Counted from the stretch's first letter, positions 38,891-48,293 are shown. The stretch: DNA of 64,000 nt from a virus (IMGVR_UViG_3300042914_002678); one strand, 5' to 3'. A program made the numbers and translations. Notes: a model not told the origin generated them from the letters alone.

Positions 38891-41800
38891 ATGGCAAATT
38901 ATAATAAGTCATTTAATTTTAGGAATGGTGTACAAGTTGATGAAGATAATTTTTTAGTTGCTTCCACTGGATTGGTTGGAATTGGAACAACAATTCCAAG
39001 ATATGATTTAGATGTTTATGGAAATACAAATGTAGTAGGACTTATTACAAGTAAAAATTTAGTTGTTTCTGGAATAGCATCATTCACAGAAGTAATCATT
39101 GGAACTGGTATCACTATTTACGGTAATACTGGTATTATTAGTGCCACTTTTTATGGCGATGGATCAAATTTATTTGGTGTCCCAACTTCACAATGGGTTG
39201 ACGTTGACGTTGGACTTGGATTTACTAGCATATACGCTGCAGGAAATGTTGGTATTGCTACAACAAATCCTTCAAGGATTAATTCACTTCAAATTGGAGG
39301 GAGACCAGAATTAGGACAGTCTGGTGTTGGAATTAATTCAATTGGAAATATTAGAGCTTCTGGAATTATCACATCATCTTATTTTGATGGTGATGGATCT
39401 TCCTTAACAAACTTAAATGCAAGTAATATTTCTTCTGGAACCATAAGTAATTCTAGATTACCATCTAATATATTAGTTGGATTTGTATCAGCGACTAACT
39501 TTTTAAGTGGTGTTTCAACAATTGGATTTTTAACAGCAACCAATGCTTATTTGGGAGTTGCAACTGTAGGATTTTCTACAATTTCAAATCTTTACTCCGG
39601 AATTGGCACAATAGTTAACTTTAGTTCTACTTTGGTTTCTATTGGTGAAACTATAACTTCCAAAAAATCAGTAACCACTACTGGAATAGTAACAAATTTA
39701 ACTGTAGTTTCTGGAATTGTTACCTCATTAACTTCCACATTTTCAAACAGTGGTGTTGGAACTGTTGGAATTTTTACAGCAACTCACGCAAACATAGGAG
39801 TTGCTACAATCAGTACTTTGTATATTCAGTCGGGAATTACAAGTTCTTTAACATCCGAGTATGCCAACATTGGAATTGCAACTGTAGGATTTTCAACGGC
39901 GACCTATTCAAATATTGGAATATCAACTGCTTCTAAAATCAATGTTAGTAATGTTCAAATCGCAGTTTCTGGGAATACGGAAATTGACACTGTAAGTGGA
40001 GAATTAGTTTTAGATTCAAATTCTGGAACAGTAAGAATTGATGATAGATTAATTGTCACTGGCATAAGCACACTTCAAGGATCAGTAACTGTTGAAACTG
40101 GAATTGTTCCAGATGTTAAAAATGGTGCTTATCTTGGGTCTTCAGCACTACCATTTTCCGATGCTTATATTTCAAGTATTAGAATTGGATATGCTGGTGT
40201 TACTGAAATTGATACAACTAATGGTAATCTTATATTAAGTTCTCAAGAAGGATTTGTAAACGTAAGCGATAATTTTTATGTAAGTGGAATTTCTACATTA
40301 ACTGGAGAGGTAACTTTAAATACTGGAATTGTTCCAGATGTAGATTTTGATTCTTATATTGGATCTAATACAAAGTCATTCACAAATGCATATATTGGTG
40401 ATATAAGAATTGGAACAGCATCTAGTAATACAATTACAACTAGATCAAAAGAATTAATTTTAGACTCTAATTCTGGAAATACTAAGGTTAATGATAATTT
40501 AACAGTAACTGGATTTACTTCTATAACAGGAGGTGCATTAAATGTTTCAAGTGGAAACATTTATTCTAGTGGAATTATAAGTGCATTTAGTGGATTTTTA
40601 CCATTTGATAATCAAACTTCTCCGCTTGGATCTTCTACTAAAAAGTTTAGTGAAGTTTATGTTGATAACATTAATATAGGAGTTGGATCTGATAACAAAA
40701 TAGCATCAAGTAGTGGAGATATTCAATTATCACCTTCAAGTGGAGTTGTTGATCTTGTAGGACAACTAAAAGTTTCAAATGGAGCAATAATATCAGGAGT
40801 AACGACAGTTAATTCTTCATTAGTTCCAAATGTTGATATAACTTCTAACTTGGGGAGTTTAACAAAAGCATTCTCACAGTCATACTTAAATGGCATAACT
40901 GTTGGTGTTGCTGGAACGACTACAATTAGTACTCGTGGTGGTAATCTAGTATTAGATTCTAACACAGATCAAGTTATTGTCAATAACAATTTACAAGTGA
41001 TTGAAGAATTAACAGTAAATGGTTCATTTGTTGTTGAAACTCAAGGTGGATCAAACATAATCAATATTAATGCAACAGATTCTGTAATTGGAATAGGAAC
41101 AACAAATCCTTATGTTCTTTCACCAAATAGTAATTTATTAATTTATGATACTGTTACATCTCAACTTGATTTATATTCAACTTCAAGTACTGGAGAATCT
41201 GCCATACAATTTATTACTAATGGTGGAGTAGAAGGTAGATTAGGATTTAGTACTTCGGGTGATTTTACATTAAAAAGTAATGATCCTAGAGGAAATATTA
41301 GTTTTATATTAAATAATTCTGCTTTTTCCGGAATTAGTAGTGGCAATTTTTATTGGGAAAATGAGTATTATGGCAATAATTTAGCTACACTTACTTGGGA
41401 TGGAAAATTTGGCGTTAATAATGATGAACCACAGTTTACATTAGACGTTGTTGGAACTTCTTCAATTACTGACAATTCCTATTTTGGTAATAACGTTACA
41501 ATATCTGGAAATCTTATTGTTAATGGAACGGCAACATTTTCTTCGGGAATTACTTTAACAAATGATAGTTTACCAAATATAATTACTAAAAACATTAATG
41601 TAACAAGTGGTGTTTCTACTTTTAATACAATTCATTCAAATATCATTGGAATTGGAACAACTACAACTGGATTATTATTAAATTTAATAGATATAGATGC
41701 TAAAAATTCAAAAGCTTTATTCCAATCAATTGGTATAGGAACAACAGGTATAACAGAAAATACTTACAGTGATGTTGGATTATTAATATCAGGTAAAATG

Positions 41801-42175
41801 ATTGTTGATTCTAGTTCATATATTGGAATTGGAACAACCACAAAATTCTATCCTGGCGGAGATCCTGAATTTATTACTCCATCTGGATTAGAAGGTGATA
41901 TTCAAATCTTTGATCATGGTGTAGATTTATATAATACTTATGTAAATATATACAAACAATCTTCAGTAGGATTTAATACAGATCTTCCGAGAGGTGTATT
42001 AGATTTTGGATATGCCGATGATACTGCTAATTTTTATCCAGTTGTAATTCTACCAAATATAAATGATACTGCAAGAAATGGTATTGGAGATACAGCAACT
42101 GGAGCAGTAATTTTTAACACTAGTTCAAATACATTCCAAGGATGGACTGGTAGTGCTTGGGTAAACTTTCACTAA
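38891..42175 (+). CDS. Tail fibre-like structural protein (1094 aa)
   Basis: VGIGTT repeats, SGIITS..F.GDGS.LT motif, repeated GIVPD...Y.GS...F..AYI shaft units. Confidence 0.75.
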   Translation: MANYNKSFNFRNGVQVDEDNFLVASTGLVGIGTTIPRYDLDVYGNTNVVGLITSKNLVVSGIASFTEVIIGTGITIYGNTGIISATFYGDGSNLFGVPTSQWVDVDVGLGFTSIYAAGNVGIATTNPSRINSLQIGGRPELGQSGVGINSIGNIRASGIITSSYFDGDGSSLTNLNASNISSGTISNSRLPSNILVGFVSATNFLSGVSTIGFLTATNAYLGVATVGFSTISNLYSGIGTIVNFSSTLVSIGETITSKKSVTTTGIVTNLTVVSGIVTSLTSTFSNSGVGTVGIFTATHANIGVATISTLYIQSGITSSLTSEYANIGIATVGFSTATYSNIGISTASKINVSNVQIAVSGNTEIDTVSGELVLDSNSGTVRIDDRLIVTGISTLQGSVTVETGIVPDVKNGAYLGSSALPFSDAYISSIRIGYAGVTEIDTTNGNLILSSQEGFVNVSDNFYVSGISTLTGEVTLNTGIVPDVDFDSYIGSNTKSFTNAYIGDIRIGTASSNTITTRSKELILDSNSGNTKVNDNLTVTGFTSITGGALNVSSGNIYSSGIISAFSGFLPFDNQTSPLGSSTKKFSEVYVDNINIGVGSDNKIASSSGDIQLSPSSGVVDLVGQLKVSNGAIISGVTTVNSSLVPNVDITSNLGSLTKAFSQSYLNGITVGVAGTTTISTRGGNLVLDSNTDQVIVNNNLQVIEELTVNGSFVVETQGGSNIININATDSVIGIGTTNPYVLSPNSNLLIYDTVTSQLDLYSTSSTGESAIQFITNGGVEGRLGFSTSGDFTLKSNDPRGNISFILNNSAFSGISSGNFYWENEYYGNNLATLTWDGKFGVNNDEPQFTLDVVGTSSITDNSYFGNNVTISGNLIVNGTATFSSGITLTNDSLPNIITKNINVTSGVSTFNTIHSNIIGIGTTTTGLLLNLIDIDAKNSKALFQSIGIGTTGITENTYSDVGLLISGKMIVDSSSYIGIGTTTKFYPGGDPEFITPSGLEGDIQIFDHGVDLYNTYVNIYKQSSVGFNTDLPRGVLDFGYADDTANFYPVVILPNINDTARNGIGDTATGAVIFNTSSNTFQGWTGSAWVNFH

Positions 42176-42185
42176 TTAATCCATT

Positions 42186-43847
42186 ATGGCACATCAAACT
42201 GCTCTAGCACCTCTCTTCACGTCTGGTGAAATTAAATTTAGTAAAATTAGAGATAGTTTTGGATTTTCAAGTGGAGAATTAAGAGCTTCTAATTTTATTA
42301 GAGATACTGACGTTAATAATACAAATCCAAAAATACCAGATGCTACTGAAAATTCAAATATTCCAACTAGTTCTACATCTCAATGGAAAGCATCCTATTT
42401 TAGGAATACTCTTAAAAATTATGAAGTTATTCAATATGACACTGATACAAATCTTTCACTTTCTAGCGTTGGTTCTTGGAATTCAAATCTAGGTAAAAAT
42501 ATTCAAAAAATTTATAATATAGGTGGAAGAATTAATGGAACAACTTCTAATGGATATGCATTAACTCTAGATGGAACTACTTATAATCTAACAGTTGAAG
42601 TCAGGGGTTATGTTCTTGGATATGGTGGTGCTGGAGGTGTTAGAGGAGCTTCTGGAGTCACAGAAACTGTTAGTTCTAATGTAAGTGCTAATATTAACAT
42701 ATTTGATAATGACAGAGACAATGAAATTGTAAATTTACAGACAAGTGGAACTGGTACTGCAACAGTGCAGATGTATGCAGGAATGAGAGATTATAGCAAC
42801 GGTGATAAAAGACCATGGAGATATATTTATTTTGGAGATGATAATGGTGTTCAATCAGTTTATGTAGATCCTGGACCATCAGGTTCATCTTCAAATAGAG
42901 AACAAGATTTTTATATTAATCTTGCAGTGACGGCAAACCGATCATATAGTATTAATGTTACAAATTTACAAAAAGCACTTTCTTGGTTTACAGACTATGG
43001 AAAAAGTAGTACTGCTATTCCAGATGGAACAGTTGTTAGTGGATTTTCTATGAGAGATGCTGATAATAATATTTGTAGAGGTCAGGTTAAAATAAATGGT
43101 ATAACTCAAGGGTCCTATTCAAGAGAACGCCTAGGAACAAATGGTGAAGATGGTGGTCATGCTATAAGTGTTCTTTCTTCTGGATCCAAAATTAAAATAG
43201 TTGAACTATCTGGAGGGAATAGAATTCGTGGTGGTGGAGGTGGTGGAGGTGCTGGAAAAGATGGAGTTGCTGGTACTGGTGGTCTCTGCGATACATATGA
43301 TGAAGCTGTAAATAATAGAACTTCTACTACACGTTGTAGAGCAAGTAATATGGATTCTGCTAGAGCAAAAGAAATTTGTAGTGGATTAGGATATTCGTCA
43401 TCTAGTAGAGATAATAGTAGTAAATGTTGTGAAAGAGACCCAGAGTATATAACAGTTTGTCTTAGACGGAACGCAAAAGGAGTATGTAAACAACCAGAGA
43501 TAAGACCAGGACCATGTATAAAATGGATTACATACGTATATTGTTGGAATAACTATACAAGTAGTGGTGGTGCAGCAGGATTAGGTGGTAATGGTGGGCA
43601 TGGCAGGGGATCCAATTGGAATCAACTTGATGGATCAACAGATAAACCTATTACAGCACCAGATTATGGTGCTATGGCTGGACCAACAAGAGGTGGTGCT
43701 GGTGGTGGTTGCGGAGCAACAAGTGGAACTGATGGTGTTAAAGGTGGTGATGGTGGTCCTTGGAATACAGCAGGACAAAGTGTTTCAGGTGCAGGGTCAG
43801 GTGGTACAGCAGGAATCAAAATATCCGGAACCAACTGGACTTATTGA
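42186..43847 (+). CDS. Glycine-rich adhesin (gp38-like tip protein)
   Basis: Glycine-rich motifs GYGGAGG, GEDGGHAI, RGGGGGGGAGKDG, GGAGGG, GGDGG flanking variable segments. Confidence 0.6.
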   Translation: MAHQTALAPLFTSGEIKFSKIRDSFGFSSGELRASNFIRDTDVNNTNPKIPDATENSNIPTSSTSQWKASYFRNTLKNYEVIQYDTDTNLSLSSVGSWNSNLGKNIQKIYNIGGRINGTTSNGYALTLDGTTYNLTVEVRGYVLGYGGAGGVRGASGVTETVSSNVSANINIFDNDRDNEIVNLQTSGTGTATVQMYAGMRDYSNGDKRPWRYIYFGDDNGVQSVYVDPGPSGSSSNREQDFYINLAVTANRSYSINVTNLQKALSWFTDYGKSSTAIPDGTVVSGFSMRDADNNICRGQVKINGITQGSYSRERLGTNGEDGGHAISVLSSGSKIKIVELSGGNRIRGGGGGGGAGKDGVAGTGGLCDTYDEAVNNRTSTTRCRASNMDSARAKEICSGLGYSSSSRDNSSKCCERDPEYITVCLRRNAKGVCKQPEIRPGPCIKWITYVYCWNNYTSSGGAAGLGGNGGHGRGSNWNQLDGSTDKPITAPDYGAMAGPTRGGAGGGCGATSGTDGVKGGDGGPWNTAGQSVSGAGSGGTAGIKISGTNWTY

Positions 43848-43878
43848 AAATAAATAAATTTGAATTATATTTAATAAT

Positions 43879-44196
43879 ATGAATGAAGAAAATTTTTCCA
43901 ATTTAACCTGGGAATTGCTTAAATATTTTGCATTTAATTATGATGAAATGCTTGATTGCTCTCAAGAAGTTTATAAAAGTAGAATAAGTATTTGCAAATC
44001 TTGTGATCAATTTGATGACATTGAAAAAGTTTGTATGGCCTGTGGTTGTAAATTAGGATCTAAAGCAAGAGCAATTATTGAGTCTTGCCCATTATCAAAA
44101 TGGGATGTTGATAAATCTGATTGGTCAGAAAGAATGAAAAAAGTAGAAGAAATTAATATTCAACTAAGTCTTGACAATAATAAGGAATCTGAGTAG
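43879..44196 (+). CDS. Small Cys-rich protein
   Basis: R..ICKSC...C.ACGC...KAR...SCP..KW metal-binding pattern. Confidence 0.6.
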   Translation: MNEENFSNLTWELLKYFAFNYDEMLDCSQEVYKSRISICKSCDQFDDIEKVCMACGCKLGSKARAIIESCPLSKWDVDKSDWSERMKKVEEINIQLSLDNNKESE

Positions 44197-44199
44197 ACT
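44171..44199 (+). promoter_or_regulatory. Sigma70-type promoter
   Basis: TTGACA-17 nt-TAGACT. Confidence 0.6.
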
Positions 44200-44239
44200 A
44201 CCTTTGTCCTGGTTGAAGATAAGGATCTAAGTTCTTTAA

Positions 44240-44295
44240 GACACTTGAGGAACTGGCATAATGGACTTGATTTTTGATTGAGAGTGCCCTACAAT
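44240..44295 (+). promoter_or_regulatory. Early-promoter cassette copy 1
   Basis: GACACTTGAGGAACTGGCA, then TTGATT-17 nt-TACAAT. Confidence 0.65.
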
Positions 44296-44317
44296 ATTTT
44301 TATTGAATTGATTGACA

Positions 44318-45544
44318 ATGTTTCAACTCCGCCCTCACCAGCAACATGCTTTGGATGCTCTTATTCAGCATCTTAAAGGTATTCTTGTGATGCCTACAGG
44401 TGCTGGAAAAACTAATGTAGGAATCTTTGATGCTATTCATCAATTTTCTAACTTTGAATCACAGACTGTTATTGTAGTTAGTCCCCGCATCCTCTTGGCA
44501 GAGCAGTTGTCAAGTGAGTACCTTGAGTTTATCACAAATGCTCATGTGATGCACGTTCATACAGGTGAAACGCACCACTTCAGCAGCACTCGCCCTAACG
44601 TTATCCGTGCCTGGTGTGAGCAAGTGGAAGGTCACAAACTGATCTTCACCACTTACAACTCTCTGCAGCAACTGCAACGTGCAGGCATTGCCGTAGATAC
44701 TATCTACTTTGACGAAGCACACAATTCTGTTCGCCGTGACTTCTTTCCTGCTGTAGAGCATTTCTCTTCAGAAGCAAAGCGTTGCTACTTCTTTACTGCA
44801 ACTCCCAAGTATTCTTCTGTGGTTGGCAAACCTGGTATGAATGACGTTGATGTTTATGGTCAAATCATTGCTAAGGTTCCTGCTCCAGATCTTGTGCAGG
44901 GTGGTTACATCATTCCCCCCAAAGTTATGATGAAGGAGATGCGCCTCTCCATCAAGGGTGAGGACATTGCCCAGCGTGATTGTGAGTATCTTCTGCAAAC
45001 GATTGCAGATCATCCTGTCAATAAGATTCTGATCTGTGCCAAGGCAACTAAACACATTATTGGTTTGCTTTCTGAAACTGATTTTGCAAATCAACTTGCA
45101 GAACAGGGTTACTCTGTAATGCACATTACTTCTAAGCATGGTGCTTTTATTGACGGACAGCATGTGAATCGTGAAGTATTCTTTGACACTATTAACAAGT
45201 GGGGCAAAGACTCTGACAAGAAGTTTGTGGTTCTGCACCACAGCATTCTGGCAGAAGGAATCAACATTTCTGCTCTGGAGGCAGTGGTATTCATGCGCTC
45301 TATGGACGTTGTGGGGATCGGGCAGACCGTTGGACGCACTCTGCGTCTTCACCCCCAGGACGCTGCTGGGATCCGCTCTGGTGCCCTTCAGGCGGGCAAT
45401 CTGGAGGCATACACCAAATCCTATGGATTGGTGATCTGCCCCACCTTTGACAAGGCATCTACTAGCACTGCAAAGGCAGTGCAAAACGTGGTAGACATTA
45501 TCTTTAAACAAGGTGATGTCGCCATTAGCGTTATCCGACGCTGA
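44318..45544 (+). CDS. SF2 DEAD/DEAH-like helicase
   Basis: LRPHQ, MPTGAGKT, DEAH, TATP, AEGINI, GQTVGRTLR. Confidence 0.9.
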   Translation: MFQLRPHQQHALDALIQHLKGILVMPTGAGKTNVGIFDAIHQFSNFESQTVIVVSPRILLAEQLSSEYLEFITNAHVMHVHTGETHHFSSTRPNVIRAWCEQVEGHKLIFTTYNSLQQLQRAGIAVDTIYFDEAHNSVRRDFFPAVEHFSSEAKRCYFFTATPKYSSVVGKPGMNDVDVYGQIIAKVPAPDLVQGGYIIPPKVMMKEMRLSIKGEDIAQRDCEYLLQTIADHPVNKILICAKATKHIIGLLSETDFANQLAEQGYSVMHITSKHGAFIDGQHVNREVFFDTINKWGKDSDKKFVVLHHSILAEGINISALEAVVFMRSMDVVGIGQTVGRTLRLHPQDAAGIRSGALQAGNLEAYTKSYGLVICPTFDKASTSTAKAVQNVVDIIFKQGDVAISVIRR

Positions 45545-45579
45545 TTTCTTTCCAATTAATTTACACAGGAGATTTTCAA

Positions 45580-45720
45580 ATGAAGTACGTTGTTCAACTC
45601 TACGTCGCTGGCAAAGTTTTTAACGAAGAGGTGCAAGCATCCAATCCACAAGACGCTCGTGCTACTGCAATTGCACGAAACCCTTCTGCTAAAGTAGTTG
45701 GTGTGAACGTTAAATTCTGA
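45580..45720 (+). CDS. Small hypothetical protein (46 aa)
   Basis: AGGAG SD; MKYVVQLYVAGKVFNEEVQASNPQDARATAIARNP; stop overlaps the next start. Confidence 0.6.
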   Translation: MKYVVQLYVAGKVFNEEVQASNPQDARATAIARNPSAKVVGVNVKF

Positions 45721-45953
45721 TGACTAATGTTCAAAACGAAGGCATTCTAAATCCCACTCCAGGGAGTCCAAACGGATATGTGACTAAAAACATGGAGTGG
45801 GCAGCAATTCCTTGGGGCAAGAAATTTATTATTGTTCATAAGGGACAGCAAGTGCATACTGCAAACAACTATAAGAGTGCCGTATCCTATATTGAAAAAG
45901 AAGTCAAAGCACTCAAAAGAAACACTAATGGACCTTTGGACAAATTCCTATGA
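45720..45953 (+). CDS. Hypothetical protein
   Basis: Coupled ORF in operon. Confidence 0.6.
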   Translation: MTNVQNEGILNPTPGSPNGYVTKNMEWAAIPWGKKFIIVHKGQQVHTANNYKSAVSYIEKEVKALKRNTNGPLDKFL

Positions 45954-46168
45954 CTCAATTATTTACTTGCACATCCGATTCTCCTTATGATAGGCACACC
46001 TATGAAGTTGTGCTTAAAAGTGGTAAAAACGTAATTTTTGAGAACTGGGAGGACACTCAGAGGTATTGGTTTGAGCACAGTCAGATTCCTGATTTTTTGG
46101 ATCTTATAATCGTAAAGGACAAAAAGAAAAGTAAAGAAAAAGTAAAGAGTGGTGGATTTGGTCAATAA
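45950..46168 (+). CDS. Hypothetical protein
   Basis: ATGA-coupled ORF. Confidence 0.6.
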   Translation: MTQLFTCTSDSPYDRHTYEVVLKSGKNVIFENWEDTQRYWFEHSQIPDFLDLIIVKDKKKSKEKVKSGGFGQ

Positions 46169-46192
46169 ATAATTTTAATCATAGAGAAACTT

Positions 46193-46366
46193 ATGACTCC
46201 TTTGTTTCTCGTAACAATTTTATCTTGTTCTGATATTGTGTTGATTGCGAATAGATTGGTAAATGTTAGACTATTGACACCAGAACAAAAAATAGAAATT
46301 CTTCGGGAACTTAAAAAAGTAGTTCCTTCCTGTCCTTTGATTATTAAACCAAATGGAACAAAATGA
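46193..46366 (+). CDS. Small hypothetical protein (57 aa)
   Basis: MTPLFLVTILSCSD...VPSCPLIIK; ATAAATA at 46165. Confidence 0.45.
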   Translation: MTPLFLVTILSCSDIVLIANRLVNVRLLTPEQKIEILRELKKVVPSCPLIIKPNGTK

Positions 46367-46529
46367 ATCACAAACTGATAAATGGGATCGAGGTCTAACT
46401 CTTTTTGAGGAGAGTGTATTAAAACCTGATCCAGAACTTCGTCAGTGTGCTCACAATCAAAAGTGTTACAATGAACTCATGGCAGTGCGTGAGCATGTGT
46501 TAGAATACCTCAAAACTTTAAGACAATGA
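46353..46529 (+). CDS. Small hypothetical protein (58 aa)
   Basis: KWDRGLTLFEESVLKPDPELRQCAHNQKCYNELM; coupled to the next gene. Confidence 0.55.
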   Translation: MEQNESQTDKWDRGLTLFEESVLKPDPELRQCAHNQKCYNELMAVREHVLEYLKTLRQ

Positions 46530-46765
46530 GTTCCACTTACATATACTTTGTTATCTTTTTTTGTATTGCTTACTTAATTGTTACCGATCAATCCATAGCG
46601 AGGGCATTTTATATGCTGACTCAACTTGCTCAAGTACAATATGAAAAAACAAAGTGGTGGATAATTCACTCACCAGATAATATCATAGTTAAATGGTTGA
46701 TTTACAGAAAATCTATGAAGATGGCGAAAGAACTGATGGGAGAATTGGAAAAGAAGAATAAATAA
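46526..46765 (+). CDS. Small membrane protein
   Basis: N-terminal hydrophobic helix; ATGA coupling. Confidence 0.55.
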   Translation: MSSTYIYFVIFFCIAYLIVTDQSIARAFYMLTQLAQVQYEKTKWWIIHSPDNIIVKWLIYRKSMKMAKELMGELEKKNK

Positions 46766-46865
46766 TAATGCTTTTATGTGTGGTAACTAAAAGCAAAAGG
46801 GGGGATCCCCCCCCTTTTTTACTGCGTAATTCGTATAAATAGTATTACCACACATAAAAAGCAGT
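46758..46865 (+). ncRNA. Structured regulatory cassette 1 upstream of a GIY-YIG gene (candidate sRNA plus leader)
   Basis: ATAAATA, hairpin GCTTTTA/TAAAAGC, G6/C-rich terminator with T6, TATAAATA, then a leader complementary to 46770-46786. Confidence 0.6.
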
Positions 46866-47480
46866 ATGAATACTCTACGCATATACACTTATCGTATATC
46901 CTTTGAGGAAGTGCCGTATTATTATTATGGGGTCCATAAAGAAAAAAATTTTAACGAAGAGTATTATGGGTCTCCTGTAACCAACAGATGGTGCTGGGAA
47001 ACTTATACTCCAAAGAAACAGATATTAGAATATTTTGTTGATTGGGAAGAAGCGCAAAGAGTAGAAGCAAGAATAATAAAAGAGTTTTATAATAAAGATA
47101 AGTGGTGTCTAAATGAAAATTGTGCTGGGTATATATCCTTACAGAAAAGAAGTGAGGCAGGAAAAGTTGGAGGTAAAAGGGGGTCGGCAAAATGTAAAGA
47201 AATGGGAATCGGAATATTTGGGATGTCCTCAGAAAAAAGAACTGAAACTGCTAAAAAATCTGTTAAACAGGCAAAGAAAAATAAAACTGGTATATTTGCT
47301 CTAACAAAAGAGCAATTAGTTGAGAATGGAAAAAAAGGTGGTATAATATCTTCTAAAAAGTTAAACTCTCAAAAGTGGATGTGTTTGGAAACTGGTATGG
47401 TATCTACCATAGGTCCTCTTACAAGGTATCAAAAAGTGAGGGGTATTGATACTTCTAAAAAAGTAAAAATAAATAACTAA
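46866..47480 (+). CDS. GIY-YIG (Seg-like) putative homing endonuclease
   Basis: IYTY..ISF...YYYYGVH, YYGSP, catalytic-type EARII, CLNEN; basic repeated C-terminus. Confidence 0.7.
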   Translation: MNTLRIYTYRISFEEVPYYYYGVHKEKNFNEEYYGSPVTNRWCWETYTPKKQILEYFVDWEEAQRVEARIIKEFYNKDKWCLNENCAGYISLQKRSEAGKVGGKRGSAKCKEMGIGIFGMSSEKRTETAKKSVKQAKKNKTGIFALTKEQLVENGKKGGIISSKKLNSQKWMCLETGMVSTIGPLTRYQKVRGIDTSKKVKINN

Positions 47481-47499
47481 AACGGGGGTAAAACAAAAA

Positions 47500-47820
47500 A
47501 TGTTAAGCACTGCTTATAGGTTGAGATTGGAAGAAATCTGTGAAAAAATTGTAAAAGGAGAAACTGTAGAATTAAACGAAATCATCTGGGCAGAGAAACT
47601 TGCAAAAGCAAATCGTAGTGCTGGTACAATGCTCCGTCAGGCAAGAAGAAAAGCAGAAAATCCTGACATGGTTGAAGGAGACTTAGATGATTTCATGAAT
47701 CAGTTGGACTTGGGTGGTTTGGGGCATGAAGGCAAGGGAATTTCTAGATTTAATAGTATTGATGAAATTATAGATTTCTTTACAGAGGAAAAACCAGAAG
47801 ATTGGAGACAGCGTGACTGA
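47500..47820 (+). CDS. Conserved hypothetical protein
   Basis: MLSTAYRLRLEEICEKI...DWRQRD; GGGG SD-like element upstream. Confidence 0.6.
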   Translation: MLSTAYRLRLEEICEKIVKGETVELNEIIWAEKLAKANRSAGTMLRQARRKAENPDMVEGDLDDFMNQLDLGGLGHEGKGISRFNSIDEIIDFFTEEKPEDWRQRD

Positions 47821-47920
47821 TCTCATACAATTTGCCTCTCATGAACTTTACTTATTTGTTGCGTTTATGTGTGGTCTTGTGCTAGGATACGTCGTAGGTA
47901 AACGTGAGGGTAATGACTGA
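47813..47920 (+). CDS. Tiny membrane peptide (35 aa)
   Basis: GTG start overlapping the upstream stop; LYLFVAFMCGLVLGYVVG. Confidence 0.4.
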   Translation: MTDLIQFASHELYLFVAFMCGLVLGYVVGKREGND

Positions 47921-48293
47921 ACAACAACCCAATGAATTTGGTAAAGCACTTCAAGAGTGGTGGGATTCTGATTCATTCAAAGAAATGGAAAAGAAAAATC
48001 AAGAAGATCTAGAACGTGCAGTAGGAAAGTATTTTATGCTTTCTGAATCAGACAAACTTGATATGCTTCAGGCAATCTGCCACATTATGTGCAAGGCAGA
48101 ACAGGAAGGAACTAGTCATCGTGGTCTTCAAGATGCTCTTGGAGTTTATCCTGTTGGTTTCTGGGTGACAGAACTTATGGATGTTCATAATGCTCTCTGG
48201 TCTTATTATCATGATCAGAAGCAAGAGCAAGAACTTAAAGACGATTTAGAATCTCTTGAAAAATTTATAGATAAGAATGTAGAGTCTAACTAA
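47913..48293 (+). CDS. Hypothetical protein
   Basis: ORF track 47904; ATG at 47913 preferred. Confidence 0.55.
   Translation: MTEQQPNEFGKALQEWWDSDSFKEMEKKNQEDLERAVGKYFMLSESDKLDMLQAICHIMCKAEQEGTSHRGLQDALGVYPVGFWVTELMDVHNALWSYYHDQKQEQELKDDLESLEKFIDKNVESN

Noticed and set aside
44510-45511. Several minus-strand ORFs, up to 247 aa, opposite the helicase
   Set aside because: Antisense shadows of a gene with biased codon use; no recognisable motifs.
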